Shown: piece after piece, positions 16,912-23,441 of the stretch
Layout of the letters: the number at the start of each line of letters is the position of its first letter
Position numbering within the stretch: position 1 is the first letter of the stretch
DNA from: Acaryochloris marina S15
Lineage (GTDB): Bacteria > Cyanobacteriota > Cyanobacteriia > Thermosynechococcales > Thermosynechococcaceae
Assembly: GCF_018336915.1 (NCBI RefSeq)
Contig: NZ_CP064923.1
Span: 3,990,001 to 4,022,000 of the forward strand
Length of the DNA stretch: 32,000 bases
Reading direction: 5' to 3'
Translations under genes and position numbers: made by a program
The notes under the pieces: model-generated
What the model saw: the letters and a program-made list of their open reading frames with translations, nothing else
Told to the model about the DNA's origin: nothing
The model's database searches: none

Positions 16912-19281
16912 ATGGCACAAGACAAGCCATATCAAGAGGCTGAACGCAAAATCGCAGAAGCACTTCGGACTGGAGCAACCACACTCAATCTGGAATGTAG
17001 TTGGTTCGCTAATGACTCAGAGAAACTCACCGAGTTGCCGGAGTCGATGGGCCAGCTCTCACAGTTGCAGGAGTTGAACCTCTCCAGCAACCAGCTGACA
17101 ACGCTGCCGGAGTCGATGGGCCAGCTCTCACAGTTGCAGGAGTTGAAACTCTCCAGCAACCAGCTGACAACGCTGCCGGAGTGGTTGGGCCAGCTCTCAC
17201 AGTTGCAGGTGCTGTACCTCGACAGCAACCAGCTGACAACGCTGCCGGAGTGGTTGGGCCAGCTCTCACAGTTGCAGGTGCTGTACCTCGACAGCAACCA
17301 GCTGACAACGCTGCCGGAGTGGTTGGGCCAGCTCTCACAGTTGCAGGTGCTGTACCTCGACAGCAACCAGCTGACAACGCTGCCGGAGTGGTTGGGCCAG
17401 CTCTCACAGTTGCAGGTGCTGTACCTCGACAGCAACCAGCTGACAACGCTGCCGGAGTGGTTGGGCCAGCTCTCACAGTTGCAGGAGCTGTACCTCTCCA
17501 GCAACCAGCTGACAACGCTGCCGGAGTCGATGGGCCAGCTCTCACAGTTGCAGGAGTTGAACCTCTCCAGCAACCAGCTGACAACGCTGCCGGAGTGGTT
17601 GGGCCAGCTCTCACAGTTGCAGGTGCTGTACCTCGACAGCAACCAGCTGACAACGCTGCCGGAGTCGATGGGCCAGCTCTCACAGTTACAGGTGCTGTAC
17701 CTTGAAAATAACCAACTGACAACGCTGCCAGTGTCACTGAAGCACTTGGAACAACTTTTAGGATTGGACTTGCGAGGGAATGCTGACCTCAGCATTCCGA
17801 GCGAGATTGCAGAACAATGGGAAGATTCTGCGCAAGAAATCCTCAACTACTACTTCTCTACACAGGGTGATCGCGGCTCTGCCCTCCGCGAATTAAAACT
17901 CCTAATCGTCGGGCGGGGCGGGGCGGGAAAGACCAGTTTGGTCAAACGCCTCAATCGACAGCCCCTCGATCTGGCGGAAAGCGAGACCCATGGAATCAAC
18001 ATCAGTCCATTGGAATTAGCCTGTCATGACGGGCCAGTAACAGCTCGGGTATGGGACTTTGGCGGCCAGCATGTGCTGCATGCCATGCACGAGTTCTTTC
18101 TCACAGCCCGCAGTCTATATCTATTGGTGCTCGGCGAACGCGAAGACATGGCCGAACGCGATGCTGCTTACTGGCTACAGCTTATCCGTAGCTATGCCGG
18201 GAAAGCTCCGGTTGTTATTGCTGTGAACAAAAATAAGGGTCGGTCCCGCGAGATGGACCGGGAATCGTTAGAACACAACTACGGCCCAATTCTGGCCTGG
18301 GTTTCCACCGAATGCTCAGAGGGGTTTGACGATACGGTCGAAAACTTGCGCACAGCGTTAACCGAAGCGGCCAACGGCATGCAAGAGGTCCGTGATCGAT
18401 TCCCCGCTAAATGGTGGACGATCAAAGAAAGGTTGGAAAGCATGAGAGAGCCGTACCTCAATTTTACCGAGTATCAGCAACTTTGCAACGAACTGGGCGA
18501 GCAGGATCTCCAACAGCAGGAAACGTTGGCTGCATGGCTGAACGATCTGGGTATCGCCATCAACTATGTCGAGGATGAGCGTCTCCACAACACCACGGTA
18601 TTGCGTCCCGACTGGCTGGCCAACGGCATCTATGCCTTGCTGCGTGCCAATGATGCCCATCACGAACAGCCATTTGCGCCGAATGCCGAACTAACGGCCA
18701 ATCAGCTCGGCCCCATCTACGAGGGTTCTCATCAGTTGCAGATGCTCAACGCAGCCGATTATCCCCAGGAGAAGTGGCCCTTTCTGCTGCAACTGATGAA
18801 CCTGTTCCAGCTCGCATTCCCAGTCGACGAGACTGGTCAGACGTTACTGGTCCCTACGTTACTGTCACTCGAACCACCCCCGAACTGCGAGGAGCCAGAT
18901 GCCGAAGACCGCACACGACTGCGCTACGAATTCGCGGTAGTGCCGGGACCACTCTTGCCAAAGTTGTTAGTCCGAACATTCTCCCTAATCGACGGTGAAC
19001 GCCGCTGGCGACGTGGGGCCATCCTCCAATACGGCGAAGCCCATGCCCGAGTCTGGACCACTCAAGATGAACGCTGGATTCGCATTACAGCTGTGGGCGA
19101 TAGGGAGGATCGCAACGAATTACTCACGATGATCCGCGTCACGTTGCAGGAACTCTTTGCCGAATATAAAGACCTGCATGCCGTTGAACAGTGGGAAGAC
19201 GAGGGAGATTGGATTCCCCGCCGTAGACTAGAGCGCGAAGGTAAGTTACCGATAGAAGATGACCAAGAGGAGGTGGACTAA
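16912..19281 (+). CDS. ROCO protein: N-cap + 11 leucine-rich repeats + Roc (Ras-of-complex) GTPase + COR domain, with no fused output domain
   Basis: 789 aa. 11 x 23-aa LRRs (LTTLPEWLGQLSQLQVLYLDSNQ). P-loop GRGGAGKTS (nt 17911-17937), switch II DFGGQ (18055-18069), G4-position NKNK (18226-18237). COR-like hallmarks RFPAKWWTIKERL and VLRPDWLANGIYALL. Confidence 0.88.
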   Translation: MAQDKPYQEAERKIAEALRTGATTLNLECSWFANDSEKLTELPESMGQLSQLQELNLSSNQLTTLPESMGQLSQLQELKLSSNQLTTLPEWLGQLSQLQVLYLDSNQLTTLPEWLGQLSQLQVLYLDSNQLTTLPEWLGQLSQLQVLYLDSNQLTTLPEWLGQLSQLQVLYLDSNQLTTLPEWLGQLSQLQELYLSSNQLTTLPESMGQLSQLQELNLSSNQLTTLPEWLGQLSQLQVLYLDSNQLTTLPESMGQLSQLQVLYLENNQLTTLPVSLKHLEQLLGLDLRGNADLSIPSEIAEQWEDSAQEILNYYFSTQGDRGSALRELKLLIVGRGGAGKTSLVKRLNRQPLDLAESETHGINISPLELACHDGPVTARVWDFGGQHVLHAMHEFFLTARSLYLLVLGEREDMAERDAAYWLQLIRSYAGKAPVVIAVNKNKGRSREMDRESLEHNYGPILAWVSTECSEGFDDTVENLRTALTEAANGMQEVRDRFPAKWWTIKERLESMREPYLNFTEYQQLCNELGEQDLQQQETLAAWLNDLGIAINYVEDERLHNTTVLRPDWLANGIYALLRANDAHHEQPFAPNAELTANQLGPIYEGSHQLQMLNAADYPQEKWPFLLQLMNLFQLAFPVDETGQTLLVPTLLSLEPPPNCEEPDAEDRTRLRYEFAVVPGPLLPKLLVRTFSLIDGERRWRRGAILQYGEAHARVWTTQDERWIRITAVGDREDRNELLTMIRVTLQELFAEYKDLHAVEQWEDEGDWIPRRRLEREGKLPIEDDQEEVD
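17026..17784 (+). repeat. In-frame 69-bp tandem repeat array (11 units) encoding the LRRs
   Basis: Units 1-10 (17026-17715) are near-identical at the DNA level, and units 3-6 read as four identical 69-bp copies. There are two sub-types (ESM...QEL-LSS and EWL...QVLYLDS) plus two chimeric units. Confidence 0.95.
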
Positions 19282-19781
19282 TGCGCCAGCTCAATCTCCT
19301 TGGTCCTGGTCCAGTTAAGTTGTTCGTCAGCTATTCTCATATAAACGCGGCATGGTTCCAAAAGCTCCGCCCGCTGCTAAAGTTCCGAAATCCATCGGCT
19401 AACATCGCTCATGTTTGGCACGATCAGGAACTGCGAGCCGGCGACCGTTGGCATGATGAAATTCAAACGGCACTGGAGCGGATGGATGTGTTTGTCTGTT
19501 TGGTGAGCTACGAGTTCTTGGATTCGGATTACATCATGGATATTGAACTGAAGCATGCACTGGCTCAAGAGCAAAAAGGTAAGGTGGTGATCGTGCCAAT
19601 TCTGCTCTACGACATGAACTTGAAGGATGACTGTCCAGAATTGAATGCGTTTAACCCATTACCCGCCTGGAATAAATGCTGGCGAAACTATGAAAAAGAC
19701 GGCGGACACTACCAAGATGCACACCAACCGATCCGTAAAGGCCTGCAAGATGCAATCAATAAAGTAAAGGCAAAGCATTGA
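19281..19781 (+). CDS. Stand-alone TIR-domain protein (TIR_2-like), translationally coupled to the ROCO gene
   Basis: 166 aa. KLFVSYSHINAAW..., VWHDQELRAGDRWHDEIQTALERMDVFVCLVSYEFLDSDYIMDIELKHAL..KVVIVPILL follows the bacterial TIR pattern (FxSYxxxD/N; D..i..G..w; vlvS..yl.S.w...El). Its ATG overlaps the ROCO stop (TAATG at 19279-19283). Confidence 0.85.
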   Translation: MRQLNLLGPGPVKLFVSYSHINAAWFQKLRPLLKFRNPSANIAHVWHDQELRAGDRWHDEIQTALERMDVFVCLVSYEFLDSDYIMDIELKHALAQEQKGKVVIVPILLYDMNLKDDCPELNAFNPLPAWNKCWRNYEKDGGHYQDAHQPIRKGLQDAINKVKAKH

Positions 19782-19865
19782 TATGCTGCATCGTATCCCT
19801 TAGATCCTCGACTTAATAGAAGACATATCTCACACTTTAGTTGACGCGAATGCAAGACTTACCTG

Positions 19866-20341
19866 CTATTGCTTAGGCTTTAAAGCCAATAAAAACTCAC
19901 TGGTCAACGTGGATGAATCCGTTTGGACATTCACCATGCCAATCCCTTTAATTGAGTTCAGAATTGCCTTCACCTCTGGCGTATTAAACTCACTCTTCGC
20001 CACGTCAGGATAACTAAACAATAGGCGATTCGCCTCTTCCATATTGACGTAGAAATAACCTGTGTCACGGGGTAAAGATTGCGTCACAGATTGGAAATTA
20101 TCGCTCTTATCCAGGGTCTTTTGAGGGCGATTTGCCATGACTTGAGTAATGGGTTGGCCCACGGTGATAAACATAGTGTTGTCATCCAACCACCCCCGCC
20201 CAATGATGTTCTTTCCCACGGATGGGATATGCCAATGGGTGACCTTAACCTTGCCAATTTTGCTGTTGGTAATCTCTATTTTATTTTGCTTGGCAAAGGT
20301 ATCCAGCTTCGCGAATGTGGCGGTAGCTTTTTTGCGATCGC
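19866..20341 (-). pseudogene. Orphan 3' fragment (copy A) of a DUF3352-like gene, paralogous to 22071-22549
   Basis: Encodes DRKKATATFAKLDTFAKQNKIEITNSKIGKVKVTHW...LALKPKQ*, collinear with the C-terminus of ORF 22071..23435. Homology stops abruptly at 20341. The 18 N-terminal codons of track ORF 19866..20396 are unrelated sequence. Confidence 0.85.
20176..20341. repeat. 166-bp direct repeat, copy 1 (165/166 identical to 22384-22549); ends in HIP1 GCGATCGC (20334-20341)
   Basis: Aligned by eye. The single mismatch is at 20229 (A) versus 22437 (T). Confidence 0.9.
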
Positions 20342-20427
20342 ATGTTCTATCTCCTAATTTGACTACCTTCATGATTTTCGAGAAATAAGTAAGCAATGCA
20401 TATAATGTAGGTACATCTCTACATTGG

Positions 20428-20688
20428 GTGAATCAAGTGAATACCTTTTCTAGTCGTGAGTTTAATCAAGATGTGGGTAAGGCTAAACGGGCAGCGGAGG
20501 ATGGACCTGTCTTTATCACGGATCGGGGGGCACTGGCCCATGTGTTATTGACGGTAGAGCAGTATTACAGGCTTGTTCAATCTGCTGACTCTGTCGCCGA
20601 TTTATTGGCGATGCCTGATGCTGCTGAGGTTGAGTTTGAGTCTGCGCGAGATAAAAATATGACGTTAAGACAAGTGGATCTGGCTTAA
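20428..20688 (+). CDS. vapB: Type II antitoxin, Phd/YefM-like (VapB partner of the PIN toxin)
   Basis: 86 aa. FSSREFNQDVGKAKRAAEDGPVFITDRG is typical of prevent-host-death-type antitoxins. Its stop overlaps the toxin ATG (TAATG). The start could also be GTG 20437. Confidence 0.8.
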   Translation: MNQVNTFSSREFNQDVGKAKRAAEDGPVFITDRGALAHVLLTVEQYYRLVQSADSVADLLAMPDAAEVEFESARDKNMTLRQVDLA

Positions 20689-21116
20689 TGTTTTTGCTCG
20701 ATACGAATGTTGTATCGGAACTGCGGAAGGTGGGTTCAAAGAATGCTCATCCCCAGGTGGAACTGTGGGCCAGGAAGACGCCGGGGGAGCAATCCTATAT
20801 TTCAGTCATCTCGATCTTTGAGATTGAACGGGGAGTGCTGCTGACGGAACGGCGTGATGCTAAGCAGGGGGCGCTACTCCGACAGTGGTTTAATGATCAT
20901 GTGCTAGATAACTATGCAGAGCGTATCTTGCCCATTCATTCCCAAGTCGCGCTGCGTTGCGCGAGGCTCCATGTCCCGGATCCGATGCCTGCTTACGATG
21001 CGCTGATTGCGGCTACGGCACTGGTGCATGGTTTGACGCTGGTAACTCGAAATGTCAGTGACTTTGAACGGACTGGGGTGGAGATTATTAATCCTTGGGA
21101 GTTTGGTCGTGGGTAG
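20688..21116 (+). CDS. vapC: Type II toxin VapC (PIN-domain ribonuclease)
   Basis: 142 aa. MFLLDTNVVSELRK start, acidic PIN residues (LDTN, FEIERG, YDALIAATA) and TRNVSDF near the C-terminus. Confidence 0.88.
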   Translation: MFLLDTNVVSELRKVGSKNAHPQVELWARKTPGEQSYISVISIFEIERGVLLTERRDAKQGALLRQWFNDHVLDNYAERILPIHSQVALRCARLHVPDPMPAYDALIAATALVHGLTLVTRNVSDFERTGVEIINPWEFGRG

Positions 21117-21126
21117 AGCCATTCGG

Positions 21127-21162
21127 CTTGGCATAGGTATCCAGCTTGGCAAACGTGGCGGT
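21127..21162 (-). pseudogene. 36-bp relic (copy C) of the same DUF3352-like gene segment
   Basis: The reverse complement encodes TATFAKLDTYAKP, compared with TATFAKLDTFAKQ in copies A and B. 31/36 nt identical to 20289-20324 and 22497-22532. Confidence 0.7.
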
Positions 21163-21404
21163 CAATTGCTTTCATTAATTCATTTATCAAGATGTGAGTT
21201 AACCTTAGTCGCAAGCATCTAGCGACATATTGGAAATCTCTAGAGCGTGTCTGGGATTATACGTCTCTCTTTAATCACCTTCTCGATGTAGAACGTCTCT
21301 CAAATCATTACAATTCAGACAATCAACTTAATTCTTCTCAATCGTCGATATGCCTGTAGCTATAAAATTCATTGAGGTCAAACATCTCATACTCAACCAT
21401 TTTT

Positions 21405-21986
21405 TTAGTCAAGCAGTTCTTCGAAGACGTAACTCATAACCTCACCATCTTCTTCAATAATTTCATCAAAACTAATACCATCATTCAGCTCAATATCTAT
21501 TGCGCTTAAATTCTCGACTTTTACTTGATCCATTTCATAAATATAGAGCTTAGAATAGTCAATTACACTTTGACTTAAGTCAACCTCTCTGAGCTTTAGC
21601 CTCCAACACAAAAGCCTTTTAAGCTGGGTAAATCTAAGACTGGATCTAGAGATTAAAGCTTCTGTAAAGCTTGATTCACTTAAGTTAGCATGATCAAATA
21701 TCGTCTCCTTGAAATGAACTTGATTGAAATTTGATCCTCTCAAGTCAGCATCAGTAAAATCACACTTAGAGATGTCAGTTTTATAGAATCTTGAATTCTG
21801 CAACATCGAACCACGAAAATCTACTCCTCTAATATCTGATTTAACAATTTCCGAATTATTTAGAATGGCACCATTTAGATCTACATTCTGAATTAGTAGC
21901 CTGCTCAATACTAGCCCTTCAAGAAATTCGCCACTAAAGTCTCTATGCCCATCAGCATATCTTTCTATAAATTCATTGCTGTCCAT
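21405..21986 (-). CDS. Pentapeptide-repeat protein
   Basis: 193 aa. Consecutive A(D/N)LxX-type pentads (DLNGAILNNSEIVKSDIRGVDFRGSMLQNSRFYKTDISKCDFTDADLRGSNFNQVHFKETIFDHANLSESSF). The gene is visibly more AT-rich than its surroundings. Confidence 0.8.
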   Translation of the reverse strand: MDSNEFIERYADGHRDFSGEFLEGLVLSRLLIQNVDLNGAILNNSEIVKSDIRGVDFRGSMLQNSRFYKTDISKCDFTDADLRGSNFNQVHFKETIFDHANLSESSFTEALISRSSLRFTQLKRLLCWRLKLREVDLSQSVIDYSKLYIYEMDQVKVENLSAIDIELNDGISFDEIIEEDGEVMSYVFEELLD

Positions 21987-22070
21987 AGCCGTGAAATCTA
22001 TTGAGTCTTATCCTACAAGGCATATCTCAGATTCTTTAGTGCCATTAGAAGCAAAAATTGATTTTTCTGG

Positions 22071-23435
22071 TTATTGCTTAGGCTTTAAGGCCAACAAAAA
22101 CTCACTGGTCAAGGTGGATGAATCCGTTTGGGCATTCGCCATACCAATCCCTTGGATCGAGTTAAGAATAGCTTTCACCTCTGGCGTATTAAACTCACTG
22201 TTGTTCGCCACCTCTGGATAACTAAACAGCAGACGATTTACTTCTTCCATATTGATGTAGAAGTAACCTGAGTCTTGGGGTAAAGATTCTGTCACAGATT
22301 GGAAATTATCGCTCTTATCAAGAGTCTTTTCGGGTCGATTCGCCATGACTTGAGTAATGGGTTGACCAAAGGTCACAAACACCGTGTTGTCATCCAACCA
22401 CCCCCGCCCAATGATGTTCTTTCCCACGGATGGGATTTGCCAATGGGTGACCTTAACCTTGCCAATTTTGCTGTTGGTAATCTCTATTTTATTTTGCTTG
22501 GCAAAGGTATCCAGCTTCGCGAATGTGGCGGTAGCTTTTTTGCGATCGCTCGTATCAAACACCAGCGCTCCCCCAAAGCCAACGGGTTCGAGAATGCCTT
22601 CCTTACTGGGAATTAGGGCAAAACCCACCTCACCATCCATCCAGCTAAAAATGTCTCGCTCCAAATCCAGTCGAGTGGTTTGACGCACATAAATGCGCAT
22701 CGCATCGATGGCAGAGGCAAATTCAGGAATACCCGAGAACTGGTCTACAAAAAGCGGCCACTGTTTCTTGATATTTCCCCCATTAGCAGACAGCCACGTG
22801 TTGGCAGGGAAGCGAGAGATGATCTTGCCGGGAATTGGGTCAAATTGTCCTTTCCAAAGCTGTGGATCGACTTGAGTTACACTTCTGAAGCGAATCCCCT
22901 GATCGTCAATTCCCATGCCCATGGAAACTGATTTCACCTTCTTGAGCTGATCTTTAAGTTCTGGTGGTATCTCAGGCGTATCTGCTTCATCCAAAATATC
23001 CAGTTGCTCAATGACTTCGGCATAGTCCAGAAGATGGAACTGGGTCACTGAATTTTCTAATTTTAGGGACTGAAAGGCTTTAGCCGACTCTCCAGTCGTC
23101 CCTAAAGAAGGAGCCCCTTTCGATGCATCAATGGCTTTTTTGACCGTAGCGACTTGATCCGATGCCGCCAGGTGGTTCTCCAGAATAGCGACATATCCGG
23201 GTTTGTCTGATTTATCAGCCCCTATTTTGACAATCTCCACCCCTTTATACTGCTTGGTTTCTTGGATTTTTAAGCCATCCTCTTTTTTCACCTTGTTATA
23301 GAAATCTGAGGCCGCGAGTTTGTCCTTGATGCCAATCACCACCATAAATCCAGGTGTCCCGCCTGACTTCTCTGCTGGCAAAAATGCCATCATGGCTTTC
23401 CCCAGCCAGGGTTTAAGGTCTTTACTATAGCTCAA
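22071..23435 (-). pseudogene. DUF3352-like protein, C-terminal 454 codons (copy B), separated from its 5' part by an IS insertion
   Basis: The first codon of the track ORF is TTG inside the target-site duplication. The reading frame continues from 24836-25120 once the IS and one TSD copy are removed (...LAEDN|LSYSKDLKPWLGK...). The DUF3352 assignment is from memory of cyanobacterial homologues and is unverified. Confidence 0.75.
22384..22549. repeat. 166-bp direct repeat, copy 2; ends in HIP1 GCGATCGC (22542-22549)
   Basis: See 20176-20341. Confidence 0.9.
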
Positions 23436-23441
23436 ATTATC

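Noticed and set aside
17026-17715. Regular 69-bp periodicity could be mistaken for a CRISPR array
   Set aside because: There are no unique spacers between repeats. The whole unit repeats, is in frame, and encodes LRR motifs. No cas genes or leader are present.
16932-17846. Long ORFs antisense to or out of frame with the ROCO LRR region (304 aa and 236 aa on the minus strand, 174 aa on the plus strand at 17181-17705)
   Set aside because: They exist only because a stop-free 69-bp unit is repeated ten times. Their products are low-complexity repeats (SGSVVSWLL..., PATVRAGPTTPAALSAG...). The sense frame encodes a textbook LRR consensus contiguous with the Roc-COR domains.
16912-19781. Absence of HIP1 sites in ROCO-TIR as evidence of horizontal acquisition
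   Set aside because: At about one HIP1 per 2.7 kb in this window, zero sites in 2.9 kb is expected roughly one time in three. The core sufBCD genes also lack HIP1, so this is not informative.
19866-20396. 176-aa ORF treated as an independent intact gene
   Set aside because: Only the last ~158 codons are homologous to the C-terminus of a ~550-aa protein. The first 18 codons derive from unrelated sequence past the HIP1 breakpoint, so this is a gene fragment.
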